Shown here: in pieces, positions 13,012 through 30,500 of the stretch | Layout: the number at the start of each line of letters is the position of its first letter | How positions within the stretch are numbered: the stretch's first letter is position 1 | Assembly: GCA_000004695.1 (NCBI GenBank) | Contig: CM000152.2 | Span: 2,592,001 to 2,656,000, forward strand | DNA: 64,000 nt | Origin: Dictyostelium discoideum | Taxonomy: Eukaryota | Direction: 5' to 3' | Made by a program: the position numbers and the translations under genes | The notes under the pieces: generated by a model | What the model was told of the DNA's origin: nothing | The model's input: only the letters and a program-made list of their open reading frames with translations | The model's database searches: none

Positions 13012-13546
13012 AAATGGTGAAGTAATACAACCATCATCACCACCACCAACAAAATTAATTGATGTTTGTGGTACACCAGAATTTCAAGCACCAGAAATGG
13101 TAAAGAGATTAGGATATTCATATCCAGTTGATATTTGGTCAACTGGTATCATTTTATATATTTTATTATGTGGTCATCCACCATTTCAAGGAAAGAATAA
13201 TATGATAGTTATGAGTTTAATTATAAAGGGTGAATTAAATTTCGATTCAAGTGTTGGTTGGGATAATGTTTCAGAGTCTGCAAAGGATTTAATTAGAAAA
13301 ATGTTAAATCCTGATCCAGAGAAACGTTTAACAGCTCAACAAGTATTATTACACGAATGGATTACTACCTCTAGTGATGTTAATGGTTCCCCTCAATTGG
13401 GTGCTCCTTTATTCTATAAACAACTTAGAAGATATAATTCTCAACGTCACTTTGAAAAAATTGGTGATACTCTTTTAAAATCTCAAAGATTTATTTATAT
13501 GTCACCAGAAAAAGATTATTTAAAAAGAAGATCAATACAATTATAA
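10496..13546 (+). CDS. Ser/Thr protein kinase (CAMK-like) with a long N/S/T/Q-rich N-terminal region. There are 2 exons: micro-exon 10496..10527 ([10 protein letters not shown]-) and 10792..13546.
   Basis: The kinase subdomains are clear: [25 protein letters not shown] (Gly loop + VAIK Lys), [45 protein letters not shown]. The first exon ATGGGACATCAAATTTCTAAAGAAGATAATGG|GTAATT gives MGHQIS, which fits the N-myristoylation consensus M-G-x-x-x-S. The acceptor TTTAG| at 10791 restores the frame (GG+A = Gly) into the long ORF; the track start at 10922 is a TTG artefact. Confidence 0.85.
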
Positions 13547-13798
13547 TTTTATTAAAATAAATAAATAAATTAATAAATAAAATTATTATTATTTTTATTA
13601 TTATTATTTTTTTTTTTTTTTTTTAAAAAATTACTAATTAATGTAGTTAAAAGAAATAAAAAAAAAAAAAAAAATAATAATAATATTAAAAATAAAATAA
13701 TAATAAAAAAATAAATATTTATACCGAATTGGTAAATTTTAATTCTTTTTTAAAGAAATTTGTTTTAAATGAATCATCTGGAATAAGTCTTCCTAGTA

Positions 13799-14125
13799 TT
13801 GAAACCAATTATTTTTCACAATTTTTTATTTTTATTAGCTTTAGTTCATATGTTTACATTTGTTACAAATGATTATAACAATATAATTTGTCCATTCTCT
13901 CAATGTAAATCGTTTAATCTTGGTGTAATTAGACCAAATCTTAATAGAATGTCACTGATAAACCACAATTGTAACGGTAAATACGATATAGGTGGTCAGT
14001 TTGGTACAGCAAAAGATATACCACTCCAATTTACATTTATTATATCAATAGTAAGACTCCTCTCAATAAATAAAATAAATAAAATTAAATCAATTATTGT
14101 CAAAAAAAAAAAAAATAAAAAATGA
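13799..14125 (+). CDS. Possible small ORF or exon (hypothetical). First ATG is near 13847: MFTFVTNDYNNIICPFSQCKSF...NHNCN, followed by a GTAAAT.
   Basis: Only compositional evidence: the segment 13900-14060 is locally GC-richer than surrounding intergenic DNA. There is no homology, and the start is ambiguous (the track uses TTG). Confidence 0.15.
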   Translation: MKPIIFHNFLFLLALVHMFTFVTNDYNNIICPFSQCKSFNLGVIRPNLNRMSLINHNCNGKYDIGGQFGTAKDIPLQFTFIISIVRLLSINKINKIKSIIVKKKKNKK

Positions 14126-14275
14126 AATCAAAAAAAAAAAAAAGTTTTTTTTTTTTTTTTTTAAAGAGCCAAATTAAATTTTAGTTTTATTTTTTTTTTT
14201 CGTTTTTTAGCTTTTTTTATTTTTTTTTTTTTATTTTTTTTTTTTTATTTAATATTTTTTCTCTGATTCATTAAA

Positions 14276-15998
14276 ATGATAAGAAATTTAATTTCAAATC
14301 AATTTAAATCAGTTTTAAATGAAATTAAAATTGGATCTCCAAATTTTTTAATTAAAAGTAATAATAATAATAATAATAATTATGCTCATACTTTATCAAA
14401 TTATTATATAAAATCATGTTTTTCAACAAGAATACTTAGTGATAAACAAAAATCCAAAATTAGAAATGAAAAGAAATTAAAAAGGGAAAAATTAAAATTT
14501 GAATATAATATTCCAACTCAAGAGAATAACAATCAAAATAATCAAAATAATGAAAATAATCAAAATAATGAAAATAATAATAATTTTTCATTTAGTGATC
14601 TTATAAATGGTGGTAAACCAATGTCATCAGAAGATATTAAAAATAAACTTAATATTATGACAGATAGTAAATCAACAGACTCAATGGATAGAAAGTATTT
14701 AAAAGAAGTTAATTCAATTAGTGAATTAAAATTAGAGAGACTTGTTTTAGAATTAAAGAATATTCCAAAAGCCTTCTTTAGAAATAAACAAAATCATTTA
14801 ATGTATATTAAATATTTAACAACAGTTACCAAAGGTATAATATTCACCAATATGGCAACATGGTATAAATTTAGAAGAATTGATTTCACCAATAATTACG
14901 GTACTGAATTATTAAAATTATATGGTGATGATCATATTCAAGCATTGATTTCAATATTCCCATCTTATAAATGGCAATTATGGAAATTTCCAACTTTAAA
15001 TCCATCATTTTGGAGTAATGATAAAAATGCAATTTCATATCTAACTTGGTTCATTAATAAAACAAAAGGTGATTCAAAGAAATTATCAAGTTGTTATGGT
15101 ATTACCAAAAAACATTTCACTCAAAACTATGGTCATCATTTATTAAAAATTAATCAAGATTCATTACCACATGTTTTTTTAAGATATTTCCCAGATTATG
15201 ATTGGAAAGTATGGTTATTTGATTCACATCCAGAGTAAATATTTTAAATTTATTTTATATACATATTATATATATATATCTATAATCTAACATTTTAAAT
15301 TAAAAAAAAAAAGAGGATATTTAAAAAAATATTTTTCAGAGAAAAAGAATGTTAAAAATTATTTATTGTGGTTAGGATTTAAAATCTTGGGTTATAAAAG
15401 TTATGAAGATTTTTATAAATTAGGATTGGGTGATTTAAAAAGAAATTATGGTTTAATTGCTATTTCAAATAGCAAGTATAAATCATCAATTCAAAAGTTT
15501 GTTTCATCAACTTTAGATGAAGAATTTAAATGGGAAATATGGAGATTCAGAGTAATTCCAAGACATCGTAGAAACTTTGGAATCTTAAATGAATACATTA
15601 ATCATTTATATAAATTATTAAATTGTTCAACACCAGAAGAATTAATTCAAATAGTTGATTCTAAATTAAATGAAGATCCAACTACTGATATAATTAAAAT
15701 TACAGGTGGTAAAGATATTTTAAATGAATTTGGTGGTTCACTTAAATCATCTTTTGAAAAAATAGAGAATAAAGAAAGACAAGAAGAAGAAGAAGAAGAA
15801 GAAGAAGAAGAAGAAGAAGATGATGATGAAAAAGATTATGAATTTGATGATCTCTTTGAAATTGATCAAAAAGATGAACATATCAAAGAATATGAAAAAG
15901 ATTTAAAGGATGAATCATCATCTTCACCATATAAAACTGATAAGTTGTACTTTAAACCAAAAAAAACAACAAATACAAAATATAATAAAAAAAAATAA
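14276..15998 (+). CDS. Hypothetical protein with three to four tandem ~60-aa repeats ending in a W-x2-W-x-F motif (WQLWKF / WKVWLF / WEIWRF) and an acidic polyE tail. There are 2 exons: 14276..15234 and 15314..15998.
   Basis: Track ORFs 14276..15238 and 15366..15998 carry the same repeated motif (YLTWF...YGITKKHF..NYGHHLL...FPDYDWKVWLF vs YLLWLGF...NYGLIAIS...EEFKWEIWRF), so they belong to one gene. The donor GA|GTAAAT at 15234/15235 (phase 2) joins the only phase-compatible acceptor AAAAG| at 15313. This yields ...DSHPE-E-GYLKKYFSEKKNVKNYLLWLGF, which recapitulates the inter-repeat linker (FWSNDKNAISYLTWF). The stronger-looking TTTTTCAG at 15339 is phase-incompatible. Confidence 0.6.
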
Positions 15999-16265
15999 AC
16001 AAAATAAATAAATAAAAGAAGAATTTAATAAACTAAAAAAAAAAATATGTTTATTATTTATAAAAAAAAAAAAAAAGAAAAAGTGAAAAAAAAAGATTTT
16101 TATAAAAAAAAAAAATTTTGTTCTTATAAAATAATATTATTATTATTATTATTATTATTTTTGGTATCGGAGTGCGTTATAATTGAGTTCTTTATACATG
16201 TTGGTGTTTGGGTTTTTTTTTTTTTTTTTTTTTTTTTTTTGTTTCTCTTTCTTTCTTTCTTTCTT

Positions 16266-16481
16266 TTAAAAGTCATCAATATTCAAAATTGAATCTATAG
16301 TGAGACCACTTTCTGTCATAATTCTTCTCTTTAACTGTTCTTCTTCTTCTTTTTTTATCTTTTCTAATGCTGCTGCTTTTGTAATTTCATCCCATGATAT
16401 TTTTTTTAATTTCTTTTCTTGTACTTCTTTATCTGGATCCTATAATTATTATTATTAATAAATAATAAATATTAATTAAAC

Positions 16482-16546
<65 letters not shown>

Positions 16547-16922
16547 TGGAAAAATGGTCACAATGATCTTGGGAGGGGATCTTATACATACAATTTCACC
16601 TAAAATGACAACATTATCACCTCTAATAAAGAAAAGACCGAGATTTTTGTCACTATAGCAATCACCAACATAAATTCTTTCAATTGTATCTTGTAATACT
16701 ATATTTGCAAATTGATCAAAAGTTCTCATTATTCCAATAAATTTTCTGCCGTCTCTCAAGACAACAATTAATTTTTCTGTTATTTATTTAAATTTAAAAA
16801 TAAAATTTTCATTAGAATTGATTGAATAATATGTGTGTAGGTATATATGTGTATATGTCAATTTTTTTTTTTTTATTCATTTTTAACTTACTATCTACTT
16901 CATCACCTAAACCAGAGCTCAT
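16266..16922 (-). CDS. lsm1: U6 snRNA-associated Sm-like protein LSm1. There are 3 exons: 16892..16922, 16592..16776 and 16266..16439.
   Basis: The assembled protein [85 protein letters not shown]...[12 protein letters not shown] closely matches LSm1 (EDIDKKHLVLLRDGRTLIGFLRSIDQFANLVLHQTVERIHVG...GIFVVRGENVVLLGEID). Donors are canonical: GATA|GTAAGT and ATT|GTATGT. Acceptors are AACAG| and TTATAG|. All phases were verified. The track ORF 16481..16759 reads through into the (TAT)n intron. Confidence 0.85.
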
Positions 16923-16984
16923 TTTTTTTTCCAAAATATATCTTAATAAACTTCAGTGAAAAATTAAAAGAAATTATAAAAAAA

Positions 16985-17031
<47 letters not shown>

Positions 17032-17183
17032 TTGACTTTCAGAAAAAAAAAAGGGAAAACAAAACCTTGGTTATTTTTAAAAAGTGTGGTAATGTTTAAA
17101 AAAAAAAAAAAAACTCTTTCATTGAATCCAATTAATTATTGTCTAATAGAAAATAAAAAAACTATTATTTAATTTTAAATAAT

Positions 17184-17214
<31 letters not shown>

Positions 17215-17362
17215 GGAGGTATGATTGATCACAATAAAAAAAACAATCAGAAACTGTGATCCTGAAAAAAAATAAAAAATAAATTAAAAAAAAAATAAAA
17301 AAAAAATAAATAAAAAATAAAATAAAAAAAAAAATAAAAAAAAATAAAATAAAATAACAGTA

Positions 17363-17402
<40 letters not shown>

Positions 17403-17522
17403 AAAAATTAATTAAAAGAAACGTTTTTCCAAAAATCTTTAGAACCCCATTTCACGCACAAACACAACACACACAATAAAACCTAAAGTATTCATATAAT
17501 AAAATTTAATAATTAAAAAATT

Positions 17523-17564
<42 letters not shown>

Positions 17565-17747
17565 CTATTTATTCCATCTTTTCATTTTCATTTTCATTTT
17601 CATTTATTCATTTTTTTAAAAAAAAAAAAAAAATAATAATAATTTATTCAACAACACACACACACACACCAAATAGATAAATATTTATCACCACATATTA
17701 AAAATAATTCATTCCTAAATATCTAAAGTAAAAAAAAAAAAAAAAAT

Positions 17748-21314
<3,567 letters not shown>

Positions 21315-21640
21315 GGTGACACAAAAAAATAATTTTTTTATTTTATTTTTTTTTTATTTTTTTATTTTTTTTTTACTGTTATGTAAAATAAAAACTGGTG
21401 AAATGTTCAATTTTTTTTTTCTCCGACTTTAATGATGGGAAATTGGTGTTTTTTATCGAAAGTGGAAAAAAGATATTTTTTTTTTAAAAAATTAAAAAAT
21501 TCTTTTCAATTTTTTGTGGGACCTTCCTAAAAATAAAAAAATCTTCTAAGATCTTTTTTAATAAATAAATATCTTTATTTACATTTTTTCCCACCCATTT
21601 AAATTCTTTATTTTATTTTTATTTTTTTTTTCTCTTTTTT

Positions 21641-21672
<32 letters not shown>

Positions 21673-21813
21673 CCTCTACTTTTTATTTTATTTTATTGTA
21701 TTTTTACGTTTTCTTCTACTTTTTATTTTATTTTATTTTATTTTTTTTTAATTATTTATTTATTTATTTATTTTTATAATTTGCATATTTTTTTTTTTTT
21801 AAAAAAAAAAAAA

Positions 21814-24800
21814 ATGGGATCCCAAAAGATTTTCTTGATTTTGTTTACAATTTTATTGTGTTTGAGAACTATAAAATCTATTTCAGTTGAAGAATGTAAT
21901 TATTTTTTTTTTTAATATTTAAAAAAAAAAAGGAGTTATAAATATTAATATTATGTTTAGCAAATTGTATTAGTTTTTTAGCCAACCAACTTGGAATAAA
22001 TTTTTTTACCTCAATAAATTCTTCAAGCCAAATTCAATATTGTTATTATACATCTTATATTACATGTGACTCTAATGAGAGTATAACTGAATTAAATCTA
22101 TCTCAAAATTCATCTTCTAATATAATAGGTTCAGACCTATTTTTATGTTTTCCAAATTTAAATTCATTGTTTGTATTTATTTTTTATTTTTAATTTTATT
22201 TTTATTTTTTATTTTTATTTTTATTTTTTATTTTTATTTTTTTTTTATTTTTGCTTTTTTTTATTTTTTTTTTTTATCTTTTATCAATTTATTAATTTTG
22301 TGTTTTCAAATAGATATCTTAAAAAAGTAATACTCAATAGTGATATTTTATATACATTACCTTCAACTGTAAAGAAATTACATTTGGAAAGATGCACTGG
22401 TTTAACCAATGTAACTCAAAAATTACCGCCATATGATTATTTGTATGTATTGTTGAAAAAATAAAAAAAAAAAAAAGAAAAAGTGTTTTTTTTTACTAAT
22501 TATTTAAATATTAGAGAGATAATTACCTTTTCATCAGATACTTTCATATTTTATATGTCATGGATTCAAAATATTAAAGAGTTTTATTTTTATAATGTTG
22601 AATTTCCATATACTTTAAATACAACTTTTGTTACAGATTTTGAAAATATTGAAAATTATACCAGACTAGATTACATGGGCTTCTCAACAAATGAAATACC
22701 TGATCTTACTGGTTTTTCATGTGGTGTGTAAGTAAACAAATTATTTAATAAATAAAAATAATAATAGTTTGTTATTGATAAAAATAATAATAATAATAAA
22801 AATAAAAATATAGTGATATGCTTTTAGGTTTTGCTTTTAAAAGTTCATTTGAAAAATTATTAACATTTAGTGGTGTTAAAGATATGATGATTTGGTACTA
22901 TACAAGACCAATAGATATACCAACACAATTATTACAATTAAGTGGAATGCAAAATTTGTAAGTTGTAACTATATTTTCTAAAATTTAACAATAATAATTT
23001 AAAATTTTACTGATTCTTTTTAATGATAAAGGCAAATTAATATAAATTTTAAAGTACCATCTTATCAATATGATTTCTCAAATTTAACATCATTATCAAT
23101 GCTTCAACTTATGGATAAATCAACCAATACAAATAACTTGGGAAGAAATGGTTTACCAATTTCAAAATTACCACCAAATTTAAAAGAATTTTATTATGCA
23201 GGAATTTTAAAGAAATCACCATCAATGGAAATTTTTAAAGATGTTAAAATTGTTGATTTCTCATTATGTGAAATAAATGATACATTAAAAGATGTTTTCT
23301 TACCAACAACTTATTCAACAAATAATTTGTAACTATTTTCATTCATTAAATTATTTTTTACTTTTATTTTTTTTTAAACAGTTACTAATAGTTGTTTTTA
23401 TTTTTATATATATTATATTAATAGATATTTTGAAAACAATAAATTATATGGTTTAATTCCTCAATCATACTGTAATGTAATTACAGATTTTAGCGATAAT
23501 ACTTTAACTGGTGAAATTCCAAAGTAATTATTTTCTTTTTTATAAAAAATATTAGAATTAATTTATATATAGAAAAAAAAAAAAAAAAAAACTAACAATT
23601 TTTTAAAATAATTATAGTTGTTTCACGTGTTATTTTAATGATACTGATTCTTTAGTGAAAAATAAATTTGCAAATAATAAATTCACAAATTATGCGACCC
23701 AAGGTCCTTGTAGTATGTATTTTTAAAATATAATAATTTTTAAAATTTTAATTTTATATATATACTAACTATAATTTAATTTTTAGCAACAATGAAACCA
23801 AATTTATTAGTTAATGCTACAACTTTAATATTATATGGTGAATCTTTAGGTTTTAATGGTAGACTTATAAAAACAAATGCAACAGGTTCAACAACTTTTA
23901 CAATGATACAACCAAGTAGTTATTTTACATTAAATTTAAGAACAACAAATATATTTGCAAAAGGTGCAAGATCATTAATACTCACTTGGACAGTTGGTAG
24001 CGAAATTAGAAAATTCACATTACCAATTGTTAAACAAGCACCTGTACCTGCAAATATTACTTACAGTGGTATTGCATCGAATCAAGTCGAAATAAATGGT
24101 GAATTCTTTACATACAACATTACAGATGTTTCGGTTTTAGTAAGTGGTAATGATTGTCTTGTAACTTATACAACATTCAACCAAATCAAATGTACATTAA
24201 CAAAAGGTTTAAATGAAAGTATTGTATTACCAGTTGATTTTATTTTTGTTGACATTATTGTAGGTGGAAACAAAACAAGTGTTTATGTTAGATTACAAGA
24301 AACATCATATATAAACAATAAAAAGTGTAACCCTGAACTATGTACTTCCAATACATATTGTAATTTAAATGATGGAATTTGCTATCCACATTTAGATTGT
24401 ATTTCAGATTGTACAATAAACAATGCAGTTTGTAATCATGTTAGTGGGTTGTGTGATTGTAGGAATAATTGTAGTAATGCAGGTTTATGCAATGGTGTAG
24501 ATGGTACTTGTTCGTGTAATTCTGGTAGATTATTCAACGATTGCAGTGGTATTCAATGTACAGGTACACCAATTTGTTCAAATCATGGTACTTGTGATAC
24601 CTCAAACGGAAAATGTAAATGTGAATCAATTATATGGGTTGGCAATGCATGTCAAGATACTCAACATTATGTAAATGCAATTACACCATCAAATGAAAAT
24701 GGTGGTAAAGTTTTATTATTTGGTTGGTTTGGTTCAACTCATTCAAATGCATCAGTAATAATTGGCTCACAAGAATGTAATATAACTTCAATAAATCAAA

Positions 24801-26034
24801 CTGTAATAGAATGTGATATTGGTCATGGAAAAGGAATAGTACCAACATATGTTTCCCAAAATTCTTTGGAGTGGTCAAGTCAGACAATGTATAAATATTT
24901 ATCAATACAATTGAAATGTCCAAATGATTGTACAAGTAATTTAAATGGTAATTGTGATACAACTAAAGGTGTTTGTGTTTGTATTGGTAACTTTACAGGT
25001 ATTGATTGTGGTTCATATCCAACTAGTAATCCATCAGATGGAAGTGGAAGTGGACCAAAAACAAATACAACAGTGGATGATAATACTGGTAGTGGTTCAA
25101 TTAACAATGGTAATGTAGATTACCAAGTATCAATCACTTCACTATTAGAAATTGGATTTGATGGTAGCACAATTAAAGAATACAACCTAACTAAATTATG
25201 GGAAAAGCCAAGCAATATTAACAATCCAAACCCTAATATACATACTTTTACACAAACAATTGAAGGTAATTGTACAATCACTTCAACAATTGAAGAAGTT
25301 TCAAAAGATAAAGAATTTTCATTTGCTGGTATTGACTTTACAGTTTCAGGAGGTTCATTAAAATTATCAGTTCAAATTTTAAATTATCCATATAGTTCAA
25401 CATTAAATACATTACAACTAAGAATGAAATCATCAGCTTTAAATTATTCAACACCAAAATGTGGTAGTACTCAAGATGATGAAAAAGTTTCAATAGATTC
25501 AAATGGATTCACAAATGAAAATGATAATTTAAACTATTTAACAATCACAAAGAATAATAGAAAACTTTATGGTCGTTTCCTTTCAAAAATGTTATCAGAT
25601 GGTAGATCAACATTTACAACAAGTAACATCATTTCAACAACTGATGTCGATGTTACTGTTGCATTAAATTTACCACATTGCGATATCTGTTTATTAGATC
25701 CTGGTAAGTTTAATTTTTATAATTGATTTTTACATTTTTTTTTTTTTTTTTTTTTTCTTTTATTCCCTCAAATAACTGACTTTTTTTTTTTTTCATTTCC
25801 AAATCAGATTTTTCAATTCTTTTAAATTCAAATGTAAAAGATAATGAAGAAACATGTGAAGATGAAACTAAAGATACAAAAATATCAACCACAACAATTA
25901 TTGCGATCTGTGTATCAGTGGGGGGTGCTGCAATTATAGGTGCTGCTGGTTATCTTTTGTATAGAAAAAAAATTGTTGAAGTTTTACCATCTTCAATGTC
26001 AAATTCAAAATTAAGAAAACTAAATGCAAAATAG
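21814..26034 (+). CDS. Type I membrane glycoprotein, copy A. Domains in order: signal peptide, plant-type LRRs (LxGxIP), an IPT-like region, EGF/tenascin-like Cys-rich repeats, a single TM segment, and a short tail. There are 10 exons: 21814..21895, 21961..22168, 22314..22442, 22515..22727, 22814..22957, 23032..23328, 23425..23523, 23618..23712, 23787..25703 and 25808..26034.
   Basis: Exon structure was derived by parallel alignment with copy B; every junction was phase-checked. The signal peptide is MGSQKIFLILFTILLCLRTIKS. LRR exons contain CFPNLNSL, YTLPSTVKKLHLERCTGLTNVTQKLPPYDYL and NKLYGLIPQSYC...NTLTGEIPK. The big exon is track ORF 23792..25726, with repeated C-x-C-x5-G-x2-C motifs (CNPELCTSNTYC...CDCRNNCSNAGLCNGVDGTCSC...CSNHGTCDTSNGKCKC). 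The last exon encodes ...TTIIAICVSVGGAAIIGAAGYLLYRKK (TM) and then a stop. The donor of intron 2 is a weak GTTTGT. Confidence 0.75.
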
Positions 26035-26432
26035 TAACTCAATGTATTAATAATTTAATAAACTTTATAAAAATAAAAAATTAAAAATTTGTTAAGGGTT
26101 TTTAAATGATTCTTTTTTTTTTTTTTTTGTTTGGTGATATGTTTTTTTTTATTCTAAAAAAAAAAAAAAGTTGCAAGATATTTTTTTATTTTTCCTGAAA
26201 AGTTGAAAGATTTTTTTTTTTTTTTTTTTTTTTTTTGATAAAAATTGATGAATTTTTAGATCATCTTTTTATAAAAATATCCATTTTTCTAAGTCTCGAA
26301 AAAAAAAGTTTGTAATTATGTAAATGTTGATTGCATTCTTTGATTTTTTTATTTTTTTTTTTTATTTTTTAAATATTAAGTTTTTTAATATTAAATTAAC
26401 CTATTCATTTATTTATTTTTTTATTTAAATAT

Positions 26433-26483
<51 letters not shown>

Positions 26484-26494
26484 TATTAATTGAA

Positions 26495-26545
<51 letters not shown>

Positions 26546-26548
<3 letters not shown>

Positions 26549-27487
26549 AAATTTTCAAAGATTTTCTCTATTTTCATTTTAATTCTTTTATGCATTGGTA
26601 CTTTAAAATCAATTTCCATAGATGAATGTAAGTAAATAATTTTTATTTTTTTATTATAATTTTTAAAAAAAAAACTAATTATTTATTATAATATAGATAA
26701 TTGTTTGGGTTTAGTTCTAACCCAATTTGGAATGAATAATTTTATTCCAAATAGGGTCAATGCTACTGGACAAATCGAATATTGTCTTCCTTTTAACATA
26801 ATTACCTGTGACACAAATGAAAGTGTAATAGGTTTGAATTTATTTCAATTTCTTACATATGGCGTTATAAGTGCAAGTTCTTTCACATGCTTTCCAAATT
26901 TAAAATCATTGTAATTTTTTTTTTTTTATATATTTTTTTTTTATTTTTTATTTCTTATTAATTTCCATTTTTTTTTTCAGATCACTTCAACAAACAATAC
27001 TTAGTCCAGATTTTTTTTATACTCTACCTTCAACATTAAAAAGTTTAGATTTAGATGGTTGTTCTGGTGCTACAAAAATAACATCAAAACTTCCTCCATT
27101 TGACTATTTGTGTGTATAAAAAAAAATATATATATACATAAAAAAAAATCCAATTTTTTACTAATCTTAATACTATTATTTTATTTTGTTTTAATTTGTT
27201 TTATTTTATTATATTTAGCAAAGTTATTTCTATTTCTTCAGATACATTCACTGTTTATTTATCATGGATTCAAAATATTAAATATTTTCATTTTTCAAAT
27301 TATGATTCCAATTATCCAACTATGAATTCAACATATATAACAGATAATGAAAACATTGAAAACTATACAACAATTGAAATTTTTAAATTTTCAACCAATT
27401 TAATACCGGATATTACTGACTTCTCATTTTCATTGGTGTATGAAAAAATAATATTATATTATAAACTATTATTAATATTATTATTAA

Positions 27488-27585
<98 letters not shown>

Positions 27586-30500
27586 TTATTATTTATAGTG
27601 AAATGGTTTTAGGAAATTCTTTTCAAAGTTCATCATTAAATAATTTAACAACCTTTTCAAATGTTATTGATTTTAAGATTTGGTATTATACAAAACCTAT
27701 AGATATACCAATACAATTACTACAATTAAGTAGATTACAAAATTTGTAAGTTGTTTAGGAAAAAATAAAAAAATAAAAAAAATAATATAATTTTACTTTA
27801 CTAATAAAAAAAAAAATAATAAAAATAAAAAAAGACAAATTAATATAAATTTTAAAGTACCATCTTATCAATATGATTTCTCAAATTTAACATCATTATC
27901 AATACTTCAACTTATGGATGAATCATCAAATAATAATAACCTTGGAAGAAATGGTTTCCCAATTTCAAAATTACCACCAAACTTAAATGAATTTTATTAT
28001 GGAGGAATTTTAAAGAAATTGCCATCAATGGAAATTTTTAAAGATATTAAAATTGTTGATTTCTCATTTGGCCAAATCAATGATACATTAAAAGATGTTT
28101 TCTTACCAACAACATATGGAATTAATTATTTGTAATTATTATTTACTTATTTATTATTTATAATTTATCCTAATCATAAATTATTAATTATTATTTTTTC
28201 TTTTCTATAATATAGTTATTTTCAAAGTAATACATTATATGGTACAATACCTCAATCTTATTGTAATTTTATAACGGATTTTAGTACAAATACTTTAACT
28301 GGTGAAATTCCAAAGTAATTGTTTTTAAAAATTTAAAAAAAAAAAAAAAAAAAAAACAATATTAATATTTATTCAAACTTTTCCTTATTCTTCATTTTAT
28401 ATTTTAGTTGTTTTACCTGTTATTTTGGTGATTCTGAAATTGGTTTAAAAAATTTATTTGCAAATAATAAATTCACAAATTATGATACCCAAAACCTATG
28501 TAGTATGTTTTTTTATTAAATTAAACTTGTCTAATTTTTAACAATTATTAATTATGTATTTAATTTTTAGCGTCAATGAAACCAAATTTATTAGTTAATG
28601 CTACAACTTTAATATTATATGGTGAATCTTTAGGTTTTAATGGTAAACTTATAAAAACAAATGCAACAGGTTCGACAACTTTTACAATGATTCAACCAAG
28701 TAGTTATTTTACATTAAATTTAAGAACAACAAATATATTTGCAAAAGGTGCAAGATCATTAATACTCACTTGGACAGTTGGTAGCGAAATTAGAAAATTC
28801 ACATTACCAATTGTTAAACAAGCACCTGTACCTGCAAATATTACTTACAGTGGTATTGCATCAAATCAAGTTGAAATAAATGGTGAATTCTTTACATATA
28901 ATATTCAAGATGTTTTAGTTTTAGTTAGTGGTATTGATTGTCTTGTCACTTCAACAACATTCAACCAAATCAAATGTAAATTAACAAAAGGTTTAAATGA
29001 AAGTATTGTATTACCAGTTGATTTTATTTTTGTTGACATTATTGCAGGTGGAAACAAAACAAGTGTTTATGTTAGATTACAAGAAACATCATATATAAAC
29101 AATAAAAAGTGTAACCCTGAACTATGTACTTCCAATACATATTGTAATTTAAATGATGGAATTTGTTATCCATATTTAGATTGCTTTTCAGATTGTACAA
29201 TAAACAATGCATTTTGTAATCATGGTAATGGTTTGTGTGATTGTAGAAATAATTGTAGTAATGCAGGTTTATGCAATGGTGTAGATGGTACTTGTTCGTG
29301 TAATCCCGATAGATTATTCAACGATTGCAGTGGTATTCAATGTCCAGGTACACCAATTTGTTCAAATCATGGTACTTGTGATACCTCAAATGGAAAATGT
29401 AAATGTGAATCAATTAAATGGGTTGGCAATGCATGTCAAGATACTCAACATTATGTAAATGCAATTACACCATCAAATGAAAATGGTGGTAAAGTTTTAT
29501 TATTTGGTTGGTTTGGTTCAACTCATTCAAATGCATCAGTAATAATTGGCTCACAAGAATGTAATATAACTTCAATAAATCAAACTGTAATAGAATGTGA
29601 TATTGGTCATGGAAAAGGAATAGTACCATCATATGTATATCAAAATTCTTTGGAATGGTCAAGTCAGACAATGTATAAATATTTATCAACACAATTAAAA
29701 TGTCCAAATGATTGTACAAGTAATTTAAATGGTAATTGTGATACAACAAAAGGAGTTTGTGTTTGTATTGGTAACTTTACAGGTATTGATTGTGGTTCAT
29801 ATCCAACTAGTAATCCATCAGATGGAAGTGGAAGTGGACCAAAAACAAATACAACAGTGGATGATAATACTGGTAGTGGTTCAATTAACAATGGTAATGT
29901 AGATTACCAAGTATCAATCACTTCACTATTAGAAATTGGATTTGATGGTAGCACAATTAAAGAATACAACCTAACTAAATTATGGGAAAAGCCAAGCAAT
30001 ATTAACAATCCAAACCCTAATATTCATACTTTTACACAAACAATTGAAGGTAATTGTACAATCACTTCAACAATTGAAGAAGTTTCAAAAGATAAAAAAT
30101 TTTCATTTGCTGGTATTGATTTTACAGTTTCAGGAGGTTCATTAAAATTATCAGTTCAAATTTTAAATTATCCATATAGTTCAACATTAAATACATTACA
30201 ACTAAGAATGAAATCATCAGCTTTAAATTATTCAACACCAAAATGTGGTAGTACTCAAGATGATGAAAAAGTTTCAATAGATTCAAATGGATTCACAAAT
30301 GAAAATGATAATTTAAACTATTTAACAATCACAAAGAATAATAGAAAACTTTATGGTCGTTTCCTTTCAAAAATGTTATCAGATGGTAGATCAACATTTA
30401 CAACAAGTAACATCATTTCGACAACTGATGTCGATGTTACTGTTGCATTAAATTTACCACATTGCGATATCTGTTTATTAGATCCTGGTAAGTTTAATTT

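Noticed and set aside
22145-22464. ORFs of FIFIFYFYF-type sequence.
   Set aside because: They lie within intron 2 of LRR-EGF gene copy A, in a (TTTTA)n-like repeat. The downstream part of 22171..22464 is the real exon 3 read in frame.
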